Notes: generated by a model from the letters alone, not told the origin. DNA of 64,000 bases from Clostridia bacterium (GCA_017631635.1 JAGBSX010000022.1:18659-82658), one strand, 5' to 3'. Shown: positions 19,047 through 25,795, counted from the first letter of the stretch. A program made the numbers and translations.

Positions 19047-19152
19047 AAAAAAAGCACCACTGTGGTGCTTGCAGCACGGAAGCCCGCATCCTCTTCCCTT
19101 TAAGCGGCCAATTACTTGTAAAGATCTAGAGTCGATACAAGAGTAATGCTAC
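19047..19152 (-). ncRNA. Candidate small RNA 1 (family not recognised)
   Basis: Bounded by the perfect consensus promoter at 19159-19187 and an intrinsic terminator, AGCACCA-CAG-TGGTGCT (19053-19069) plus U7. About 105 nt with an internal 10-bp bulged hairpin. No ORF with a credible SD. Confidence 0.5.
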
Positions 19153-19156
19153 TGTA

Positions 19157-19197
19157 ATATTATATGCAAATATTTATGATTTGTCAACAGGTTTTTT
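19157..19197. repeat. 41-bp direct repeat, copy 1 (carries the sRNA1 promoter)
   Basis: ATATTATATGCAAATATTTATGATTTGTCAA(C/T)AGGTTTTTT is identical to 19407-19447 except for one base. Confidence 0.9.
19159..19187 (-). promoter_or_regulatory. Perfect consensus sigma70 promoter (TTGACA-17-TATAAT) for sRNA1
   Basis: Minus strand reads TTGACAaatcataaatatttgcaTATAAT, with an A-rich UP-like tract upstream. Confidence 0.7.
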
Positions 19198-19299
19198 ATA
19201 AAAAACTAATAAACAAACAAATTTGTTACGTCGTCGAGGCTGTTGACGGCACAAGCAAGAAAATAATGCCTATAATGACTGCATATAAAGCAAAAGTAA

Positions 19300-19402
19300 A
19301 AAAATAAAAAGGAAAGTAAACACTTCCCTTTGAAAATCCCATGCGAGGTAGATATTTATAACCCCTACCACCACGTCCGAAACGAGCGCATGCGGTCTTT
19401 TC
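19300..19402 (-). ncRNA. Candidate small RNA 2 (family not recognised)
   Basis: Bounded by the perfect promoter at 19409-19437 and a terminator, GGGAAGU-GUUU-ACUUUCC (19311-19328) followed by U5AU7. About 100 nt. Contains a GGTAG...CTACC hairpin and CATGCG/CGCATG pairing. Confidence 0.5.
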
Positions 19403-19406
19403 ACAT

Positions 19407-19447
19407 ATATTATATGCAAATATTTATGATTTGTCAATAGGTTTTTT
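19407..19447. repeat. 41-bp direct repeat, copy 2 (carries the sRNA2 promoter)
   Basis: See copy 1. The two copies are 250 bp apart. Confidence 0.9.
19409..19437 (-). promoter_or_regulatory. Perfect consensus sigma70 promoter (TTGACA-17-TATAAT) for sRNA2
   Basis: Sequence identical to the sRNA1 promoter. Confidence 0.7.
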
Positions 19448-19506
19448 TAATTTTAATAAAAAAAGGTACATAACGACCACAAGGCAACGGTATATGTCTT
19501 TCTTGA

Positions 19507-19535
19507 TTGACAAAATATAAAAGGAGGCATATAAT
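19507..19535 (+). promoter_or_regulatory. Perfect consensus promoter TTGACA-17-TATAAT facing the small-ORF cassette
   Basis: TTGACAaaatataaaaggaggcaTATAAT. The spacer contains the AGGAGG SD of ORF 19538, and the ATG lies only 3 nt after the -10, so the promoter and SD/ATG signals overlap. Confidence 0.55.
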
Positions 19536-19537
19536 AT

Positions 19538-19741
19538 ATGAGAGATTGGGATGAAAACAAGCATCCAAGAAACGCACTTGGAGAATTTACAAACAAAAGC
19601 ATTGCAGAATTAAAATCTGAAATCATAGAAATTATTCCCTATAAAAAAGAGCCGATTATACTTGGAGGTGTAATATGGAAGAGAAAGATAAAAACAAAAA
19701 AATACCCTATAGATTTACTTGTCCTATACCGGTGGAAGTAG
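19538..19741 (+). CDS. Hypothetical 67-aa protein with an N-terminal WDENKHPRNALGEF motif
   Basis: AGGAGG lies 10 nt upstream. The 3' 67 nt overlap the next ORF in the -1 frame. The motif resembles the KHPR(D/N)xxGxF motif that I recall from phage and conjugative-element proteins (unverified). Confidence 0.45.
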   Translation: MRDWDENKHPRNALGEFTNKSIAELKSEIIEIIPYKKEPIILGGVIWKRKIKTKKYPIDLLVLYRWK

Positions 19742-19869
19742 TAGGATACGTTGAGATAAGTGAAGAAGATAGAAAAAAGTATAGAGAACAACATATAAAA
19801 TCTCAAAAATATTTTGGTATAGAAACCAATCCTGAAAATATTACAGAAATAGACTACGACAACTTATAA
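19675..19869 (+). CDS. Hypothetical 64-aa protein, paralog 1 (PYRFTCP...EISEEDRKKYREQHIK...NPENITEIDYDNL)
   Basis: SD GGAGGTG 4 nt upstream. 64 aa, about 75% identical to ORF 19953. Confidence 0.6.
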   Translation: MEEKDKNKKIPYRFTCPIPVEVVGYVEISEEDRKKYREQHIKSQKYFGIETNPENITEIDYDNL

Positions 19870-19952
19870 TTGAAAAAAAAGCACCTGATTTATAGTTGTT
19901 GATATGTATAATGATAAAGACAAATATATTGTGTATTTAAAAGAGGTACAAT

Positions 19953-20147
19953 ATGAAAAAAAGTGATAAGAAAAACAAACTACCCTATAGATTTACTTGT
20001 CCTATGCCAGGCAGGTCTGTAGGACATGAAGAGATAAGCGAAGAAGATAGAAAAAAGTATAGAGAACAACATATAAAAACGCTTAAACATTTTGGAATAG
20101 AAATCAATCCTGAAAATATTACAGAAATAGACTACGACAACTTATAA
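19953..20147 (+). CDS. Hypothetical 64-aa protein, paralog 2
   Basis: SD AAGAGG upstream. Tandem duplicate of 19675-19869 (278-bp period). The C-terminal 17 aa are identical; a variable patch follows the CP motif. Confidence 0.65.
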   Translation: MKKSDKKNKLPYRFTCPMPGRSVGHEEISEEDRKKYREQHIKTLKHFGIEINPENITEIDYDNL

Positions 20148-20227
20148 TTAAAAAATATAAAGTTACTGTGCGAATATATGAAAAAAACGAGACTATGAAT
20201 TTGAAATAATAAGAGAGGAAAATGTAA

Positions 20228-20503
20228 ATGACTAATGAAGAATATATTAATTATATCAAAGAACTGATTTCTTCTTCCAATGAGGCTGATTATGTGGCTT
20301 TTGTTGGAGTTAAGTATAACATTAAGGATAAGATAATGTCATTTATCAAAAATAACGATATATCGTGTAAGCACCTGTGGGAAGATAGTGTTGAGGGGGA
20401 TAAATCAACTGAAGATTGGCACAAACTTATACTTTATGTAACTGATTTGTGCAACAAAGTAAACCCAAGTGGAAAAGTAGGATTGTATATAAAAAACAAA
20501 TAG
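20228..20503 (+). CDS. Hypothetical 91-aa protein
   Basis: SD GAGAGGA upstream, then an ATG-TAA-ATG start-stop-start arrangement. No family recognised. Followed by a terminator. Confidence 0.55.
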   Translation: MTNEEYINYIKELISSSNEADYVAFVGVKYNIKDKIMSFIKNNDISCKHLWEDSVEGDKSTEDWHKLILYVTDLCNKVNPSGKVGLYIKNK

Positions 20504-20516
20504 CAAATATCAAAAT

Positions 20517-20550
20517 TAAAAAAGCACTTGCGATAGCAGGTGCTTTTAAT
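20517..20550. terminator. Bidirectional rho-independent terminator (small-ORF cassette / nadR)
   Basis: 10-bp stem AAGCACTTGC/GCAGGTGCTT (one G-U pair), loop GATA, flanked by an A-run and a T-run. Confidence 0.7.
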
Positions 20551-20567
20551 TTGCAAAGAAAGTAACT

Positions 20568-21602
20568 TCAAAACTGTGTTGTGATTCCAAGCTCTGCAAT
20601 CAGTTTTTTAGCTGTTTCAAAGCGTTCCAAGTAGTCTCCGGAGACACAATGGTATGTAATATTGTTTTGCGCGAGTGCTTGTTTGATTTGCTGACTGTAC
20701 CTTTCTCTGTCCTCATGAATTTTCTTATTTCTTGTACCGTCTTGGATAAATTCCACATCCGGCTCAAGAAACAAAACCAAATCCCACTGTGTCATATCGC
20801 TGATTGCAGTAGCCATTTTTTCACATATTTCAATTTCTTTGGGATTTGTCAAAATCAACCGAGAGTAAAATAACGTTGTAACTGCATCGGTATCCACGAA
20901 CAAGACGCGATTGCTTTTTTTGGCAGCATCCATGATCTGCAAGCGTTGACGGAGTAGATTCTCATATAAATCCTCCGCCATCATAAAATCCTCACCGCCG
21001 GCATAATCCGATGTGATTCGCCCGTATTCCGCCACATAGTTAGTATTATAGGCAAGTGCTAAATTTTGAACAAGAGTGCTTTTTCCGGTGCTTTCTCCGC
21101 CTACGACCAAAACCTTTCGTGCATAATAATCCTTACAAACATCCGGTATATAGTCCCAATGCGCGCTCGCCCAAGTACGTATTTCCGTTGAACTGATCGG
21201 AACCTCTTCTCGATCAAAATAGATGACTTGGCTTTCCGGACAGTATAGGGATTCAAATCGATTTGTTCCCAAATAGTCGCTTCCGCAAAATACTACATCA
21301 ATGTGTTTACCAATGGCACTCTTAATGTCCATGGCACCCTTTTCCCAATAATAGTCGGTATTATATTCTTCTTTCGATACAGCTTTGTCTTCGATCAAAA
21401 GAATTTTGACATTTGGTAGATGTCTCGTACTGTTAAGAATCCAACGATATCGAAGCTCTTTAGGTGTTGATTCGCGTCCTTCGCACCAACTGATCACAAT
21501 ATACAGTTCTTCGCATACGGATGCAGCTTTAATGATATCGGATATATGCCCTAAATGAAGGGGATCAAAGGATCCTCCGTACATACCTGTTTTATATAGC
21601 AT
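20568..21602 (-). CDS. nadR: NadR-type bifunctional NMN adenylyltransferase / ribosylnicotinamide kinase (no HTH domain)
   Basis: 344 aa. N-terminal GGSFDPLHLGH nucleotidyltransferase motif, central P-loop GGESTGKST. Overlaps pnuC by 11 nt. Confidence 0.8.
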   Translation of the reverse strand: MLYKTGMYGGSFDPLHLGHISDIIKAASVCEELYIVISWCEGRESTPKELRYRWILNSTRHLPNVKILLIEDKAVSKEEYNTDYYWEKGAMDIKSAIGKHIDVVFCGSDYLGTNRFESLYCPESQVIYFDREEVPISSTEIRTWASAHWDYIPDVCKDYYARKVLVVGGESTGKSTLVQNLALAYNTNYVAEYGRITSDYAGGEDFMMAEDLYENLLRQRLQIMDAAKKSNRVLFVDTDAVTTLFYSRLILTNPKEIEICEKMATAISDMTQWDLVLFLEPDVEFIQDGTRNKKIHEDRERYSQQIKQALAQNNITYHCVSGDYLERFETAKKLIAELGITTQF

Positions 21603-22284
21603 TTTTCTGACGAGCCTCCTTTTCCCATTTGATTAACATGATAATAGCATTACCCAAGTATACTCCCCACATCAGAAGTGTGGCAATATTGTCACTTCCG
21701 TTGCGGAAATCACACCACCACATATATATGCTGAAAACATCCACCGCAATCCAGATCCACCACTGCTCTGCATACATACGAATAGAGATAACCATAGCAA
21801 CCACAGATGAAACTGTAGTAAAGGCATCAACGAATGGCATTACGTCCCCAATGTGTTTAAGAAGCAATCCATACAAATATGTTGCTATAGCTATTGTAAC
21901 AATTAACAATGCAATGCCATACGGACGCATCTTGCGTTTTTCGACCTCACCGGTTTCTGTATTGATATGCTTGCTCCATACGATGAGACCTATAAATTGC
22001 ATAGGAATATAAAAAAACACATTTAGCATTGTTTCTCCATATAGTGCTGCTCGGTAGGAAATAATTGCGTATAACACACAATTCACAAACCCGAACAGAT
22101 AGGCTGATAGTTTTCCTTTTCCGGTGCAGACAACGCATGCAACACCTGTTAGGGAAGAAATAATACCCATTAATGAATCTCCCCAATAGATAGACAGCCC
22201 AGTAATTGTTGCGCAGGTCAGAATCAACCAAAAAACCTCAAAAGGTTTCCAACCGGTTAACTCGTTTTTGATTAATTTTCGCAT
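21592..22284 (-). CDS. pnuC: Nicotinamide riboside transporter PnuC
   Basis: 230 aa, 7-8 TM helices, PnuC-like N-terminal pattern (TGWKPFE...W...CVV...GK...). Operon with nadR. Confidence 0.85.
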   Translation of the reverse strand: MRKLIKNELTGWKPFEVFWLILTCATITGLSIYWGDSLMGIISSLTGVACVVCTGKGKLSAYLFGFVNCVLYAIISYRAALYGETMLNVFFYIPMQFIGLIVWSKHINTETGEVEKRKMRPYGIALLIVTIAIATYLYGLLLKHIGDVMPFVDAFTTVSSVVAMVISIRMYAEQWWIWIAVDVFSIYMWWCDFRNGSDNIATLLMWGVYLGNAIIMLIKWEKEARQKNAI

Positions 22285-22305
22285 AAAAAATCACCCTCTT
22301 TTTAC

Positions 22306-22334
22306 ATTATAGCACAAGAGCTAACTAAAATCAA
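22306..22334 (-). promoter_or_regulatory. Predicted promoter of pnuC-nadR
   Basis: Minus strand reads TTGATT-17 nt-TGcTATAAT (extended -10). The 5' UTR is short, with SD AGAGGGTGA. Confidence 0.65.
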
Positions 22335-22481
22335 GGTATAGCCTTGTATATCACCAACACGGAGTGTTGTATATCATCATTGCGAAAGCGAATCCAGCCC
22401 CAAAGGTGCTGATGATATCCACGCTAAAGCGTGATGATATCCACGACTGCCTCGTGATGATATGCCATCGCTTTCGCAATG
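22332..22481. repeat. Array of dissimilar short hairpins joined by conserved ATATCA(C/T) / ATGATAT(C/G) linkers (array H1)
   Basis: Hairpins at 22332-46, 22355-69, 22395-411, 22420-33 and 22442-56. Linkers: TATATCAC, TATATCAT, ATGATATC x2, ATGATATG. A 14-bp long-range inverted repeat (22378-22391 / 22468-22481) encloses three of the hairpins. Confidence 0.6.
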
Positions 22482-22483
22482 GA

Positions 22484-22522
22484 TAAAAAAAATACTGCAG
22501 AAAATATATCCTTTTCTGCAGT
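22484..22522 (-). terminator. Rho-independent terminator of ssrA
   Basis: 11-bp stem ACTGCAGAAAA/TTTTCTGCAGT (22494-22504/22512-22522), 7-nt loop, U-run on the minus strand. Confidence 0.8.
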
Positions 22523-22528
22523 CTTTTT

Positions 22529-22884
22529 TGGTGGAGGTGAGGAGAGTCGAACTCCCGTTCAATACAATAGCCGATAATCCTTCTACATACTTAGTCGGTA
22601 TATTGTCATCTTACTACTATCGCCTACCGACAGGCTATAATAGTCGTTATCCCGTATTACCCTATATCCCTACGGGAGTCAGGTATAGAGTTGTCTGCAT
22701 AGTTGATGCCGAGTCTAATACTGCAGAAGATACTAGGTCGACATCGCTGACTTAGGCAGCGAAAGCAAATGAATTGCTGTTAGTTTTGTTTGCGTTTAAA
22801 TTTAATTTTTCGTTTTGACAGAGCCGAAACCTCTGGTATGCTTCTATCACCCTCTACTTGTACTGTCGAATCCGGTACACCCCC
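22529..22884 (-). ncRNA. ssrA: tmRNA (transfer-messenger RNA, SsrA)
   Basis: 5' end is GGGGGUGUACCGGAUUCGACAG. 3' end is GGGAGUUCGACUCUCCUCACCUCCACCA (T-arm plus acceptor with encoded CCA). The G3:U pair is an alanine identity element. Internal tag ORF at 22793-22752: GCA AAC AAA ACU AAC AGC AAU UCA UUU GCU UUC GCU GCC UAA. Confidence 0.9.
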
Positions 22885-22908
22885 GTATACCGATATGGGT
22901 GGAGGTAT

Positions 22909-22937
22909 ATATTAGCACAAGACAAAAAAAAATGCAA
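22909..22937 (-). promoter_or_regulatory. Predicted ssrA promoter
   Basis: Minus strand reads TTGCAT-17 nt-TGcTAATAT, about 25 nt upstream of the mature 5' end. A short precursor leader is expected. Confidence 0.5.
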
Positions 22938-23055
22938 GAGTTTTGCTCGGATTTGGAGATATAGGTATTTGTACTTTTTATTTTGTCGATATATAGGCGT
23001 GCAGTCAAAAAAATGAAAAAATGCAAGTAGATAGAAAAATAATATCCGAAAAACT

Positions 23056-23084
23056 TTGCAATTTCGTGCTAATATTAGTATAAT
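23056..23084 (+). promoter_or_regulatory. Predicted promoter of the GlpA-like oxidoreductase operon
   Basis: TTGCAA-17 nt-TATAAT, 35 nt upstream of the ATG. Confidence 0.6.
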
Positions 23085-23119
23085 ATAAGCACAAAAATCA
23101 TAAAAGGACGAGTGTTTTT

Positions 23120-24550
23120 ATGTTTGACGTGATTGTAGTCGGTGGTGGCGTAATAGGCGCTACCATACTCAGAGAACTGACCAAATATCGCCTAAAGGTC
23201 GCTATGGTAGAGAAAGAGAGCGACGTCGCTATGGGACAGAGTAGAGCCAATAGTGGTATCGTGCACGCTGGATACGACGCCAAAGAGGGCACTCTCAAGG
23301 CGAAGTTTAACCTGCTAGGCAATCTAATGATGCCTGCCTATACCCAAGAGTTGGGCGTCAAGTATATCAACAATGGCTCTATCGTAGTAGCATACTCCCC
23401 AGATGAGATAGATACACTCTACGAACTCAAGAGCCGTGGAGAGAAAAATGGTGTAGAGGGACTAGAGGTGATAGACACAGAGACTCTACGAGCCCTAGAG
23501 CCAAATATATCCCCTGATGCGTGTGGAGCATTACTCGCCAAGACGGGAGGTATAGTGTGTCCTTATGAATTGACTATCGCATCTATAGGCAATGCTATGG
23601 ACAATGGCGCTAGCCTATACACCGACTACGAGGTGTGCGAGATAGTCAAAGGAGTTGACTATTTTATAGTCAAGTCTATTGACGGTAGAGAGTTGTCTAC
23701 CAAGATAATCATCAACTCAGCAGGCATAGGTAGTGGTGATATATCCAAGATGGCAGGCGACGACACCGTGCATATATCTGGTCGCAAGGGCGAATATATC
23801 CTACTAGATAGAGAGAGCCAAGGGTATTGTACGCATACGATATTTAAGACTCCTACTAGCAAGGGCAAGGGTATACTCATATCTCCTACGGTAGATGGCA
23901 ATATACTACTCGGACCTACTGCACAAGAGGTAGACGTACCTGATACAGATACCACCTCGACAGGGCTCGACTATGTCAAACAGACAGCCGACTCTATGTG
24001 TGTGAGAGTACCTCATTACAATACTATCACTTCTTTTGCGGGAGTGAGAGCATATAGCGACACCCACGATTTTGTCATCAGTCATAGTGACAAGGTAGAG
24101 GGGCTTATCAACGTCGCAGGTATCGAATCACCTGGATTGACTAGCGCTCCTGCCATAGCCAAATACGTAGTGGAAGAATTGGTGTCAGCCCTACTACCAC
24201 TAGTTGAGAATACCGACTTTGACGGACGTAGGCAATCAGACCACTACTATAGCAAGTTGGACAATGATAGCAAAAATAAGATAATAGCCCAAGACCCTCG
24301 CTACGGCAAGATAATATGTCGTTGTGAGCAAATCACCGAGGGAGAGATAGTCAGCGTGATTCGTCGCAACCCTAGGGCTACGACTATCGACGCAGTCAAG
24401 CGTAGATTGAGAGCAGGTATGGGCAGGTGTCAAGGTGGTTTTTGCCAACCACAAGTAGCACAAATATTGGCTAGAGAACTAGGTATACCTCTAGAGGAGG
24501 TCACCAAGAGTGGCAAAAATTCAAGGTTGATAGTAGGTAAGACAAAATGA
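23120..24550 (+). CDS. FAD-dependent oxidoreductase, glycerol-3-phosphate dehydrogenase-like, with a C-terminal BFD-like [2Fe-2S] domain
   Basis: 476 aa. N-terminal DVIVVGGGVIGATI dinucleotide fold. C-terminal CRCEQITEGEI...GMGRCQGGFC. Confidence 0.8.
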   Translation: MFDVIVVGGGVIGATILRELTKYRLKVAMVEKESDVAMGQSRANSGIVHAGYDAKEGTLKAKFNLLGNLMMPAYTQELGVKYINNGSIVVAYSPDEIDTLYELKSRGEKNGVEGLEVIDTETLRALEPNISPDACGALLAKTGGIVCPYELTIASIGNAMDNGASLYTDYEVCEIVKGVDYFIVKSIDGRELSTKIIINSAGIGSGDISKMAGDDTVHISGRKGEYILLDRESQGYCTHTIFKTPTSKGKGILISPTVDGNILLGPTAQEVDVPDTDTTSTGLDYVKQTADSMCVRVPHYNTITSFAGVRAYSDTHDFVISHSDKVEGLINVAGIESPGLTSAPAIAKYVVEELVSALLPLVENTDFDGRRQSDHYYSKLDNDSKNKIIAQDPRYGKIICRCEQITEGEIVSVIRRNPRATTIDAVKRRLRAGMGRCQGGFCQPQVAQILARELGIPLEEVTKSGKNSRLIVGKTK

Positions 24551-25794
24551 AGAATTATGATATAATCATAATAGGTGGTGGTCCAGCAGGATTAGCCGCC
24601 GCCATATCGGCATATGACAATGGTAGTAGAGATATCCTCATACTAGAGAGAGAGCCTGTGCTAGGTGGCATACTCAATCAATGTATACACAATGGCTTTG
24701 GACTCACTAGATTCAAGGAGAGTTTGACTGGTCCAGAGTACGCGTATAGATTTGTCGAAGAGGTGCGCAGTAGGGGTATTGAGTATATGTGCGATACCAC
24801 CGTCCTAGAGGTGTCTACCGACAAGCAAGTGACTGCTATCAATAGCACGAAGGGAGTATTTTCGCTATCTGCCAAGGCTATAATACTCGCTATGGGCTGT
24901 AGAGAGCGTAGCAGAGGCGCTCTAAATATAGCAGGCGCTAGACCTGCAGGTATATATTCGGCAGGTACGGCACAGAAGTACGTCAATATACTCGGTCAAA
25001 TGCCTGGCAAGAGAGTAGTGATACTAGGCTCGGGAGATATAGGTCTCATCATGGCTAGGCGTATGACGCTAGAAGGGGCAAAAGTGCTAGCCGTATGTGA
25101 GATAATGCCTCACTCCTCTGGACTCAAGAGAAATATAGTACAATGTCTGGACGACTACGGTATACCACTATATCTATCCCACACCATAGTCAAGATAGAG
25201 GGCAAGGATAGAGTGAGTGGAGTGTATATCGCCCAAGTAGATGAAAAGCGTAGACCTATAGAGGGTACGGAGAAATATTTTGAGTGTGACACCGTGCTAT
25301 TCTCGGTAGGTCTCATACCAGAGAACGAATTGTCCAAGGGGGCAGGAGTCAGTCTATCCCCTGCGACCAAAGGTCCTATCGTCTATGACGATAGAGAGAC
25401 TAGCGTGAGTGGTATATTTGCCTGTGGCAACGTGCTACACGTACACGACCTAGTAGACTTCGTGTCGGAGGAGGCAGAGATAGCAGGTGTGTCAGCCTCT
25501 AACTACGCTATGGGCAAGGGTGCTGATAGGAGAGTAGTCTCTACCACCTGTGGCAACAACGTGTCTTACGTACTCCCACAGATGCTAGATACCAATGCTA
25601 GTGGTATGGTCAAATTGTACTTTAGAGTAAACAAAGTGCTCCCAAATCCTACTATTCGCTTGACCTCAAACGGCGAGGATATAGTAGTCAAGAAGAAGAA
25701 AATAGCAGTACCAGGCGAGATGGAGAGCATAGTGTTGACACCAGCCAAATTGCAGTCGATAAGTGGAGACGTCGTAGTCTCCGTGGAGGAGTAG
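24547..25794 (+). CDS. FAD/NAD(P)-binding pyridine-nucleotide-disulfide-type oxidoreductase
   Basis: 415 aa. DIIIIGGGPAGLAAA and a second VVILGSGDIGL Rossmann motif. Overlaps the upstream gene by 4 nt. Confidence 0.8.
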   Translation: MKNYDIIIIGGGPAGLAAAISAYDNGSRDILILEREPVLGGILNQCIHNGFGLTRFKESLTGPEYAYRFVEEVRSRGIEYMCDTTVLEVSTDKQVTAINSTKGVFSLSAKAIILAMGCRERSRGALNIAGARPAGIYSAGTAQKYVNILGQMPGKRVVILGSGDIGLIMARRMTLEGAKVLAVCEIMPHSSGLKRNIVQCLDDYGIPLYLSHTIVKIEGKDRVSGVYIAQVDEKRRPIEGTEKYFECDTVLFSVGLIPENELSKGAGVSLSPATKGPIVYDDRETSVSGIFACGNVLHVHDLVDFVSEEAEIAGVSASNYAMGKGADRRVVSTTCGNNVSYVLPQMLDTNASGMVKLYFRVNKVLPNPTIRLTSNGEDIVVKKKKIAVPGEMESIVLTPAKLQSISGDVVVSVEE

Positions 25795-25795
25795 T

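Noticed and set aside
22409-22464. Three direct repeats of about 16 nt (GTGATGATATCCACG) with a 22-23-nt period. Considered as a miniature CRISPR-like array.
   Set aside because: The repeat and spacer lengths (about 16 and about 6 nt) are far below CRISPR dimensions. There are no cas genes in the window. The 'spacers' are just hairpin loops, so this is reported as a hairpin array instead.
22377-22755. ORFs 22377-22562 (-) and 22462-22755 (+) from the six-frame track.
   Set aside because: They overlap the tmRNA gene, its terminator and the hairpin array, and have no SD. They are explained by the RNA features.
22897-22905. GGTGGAGGT upstream of ssrA duplicates the 9-mer at the ssrA 3' end (22530-22538). 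Considered as an att-site remnant of island integration.
   Set aside because: The match is only 9 nt, and it lies on the 5' side of the gene, the wrong side for 3'-end integration. Chance or precursor-leader pairing is equally likely.
22885-23119. Gene-strand polarity switches from almost all minus (1-22.9 kb, including parAB-rsmG) to mostly plus (23.1 kb onward). Considered as a replication origin.
   Set aside because: There is no dnaA or dnaN here and no cluster of DnaA boxes in this intergenic region. The A-rich sequence is explained by the ssrA and glpA-like promoters. Cumulative GC skew on the whole genome would be needed to decide.
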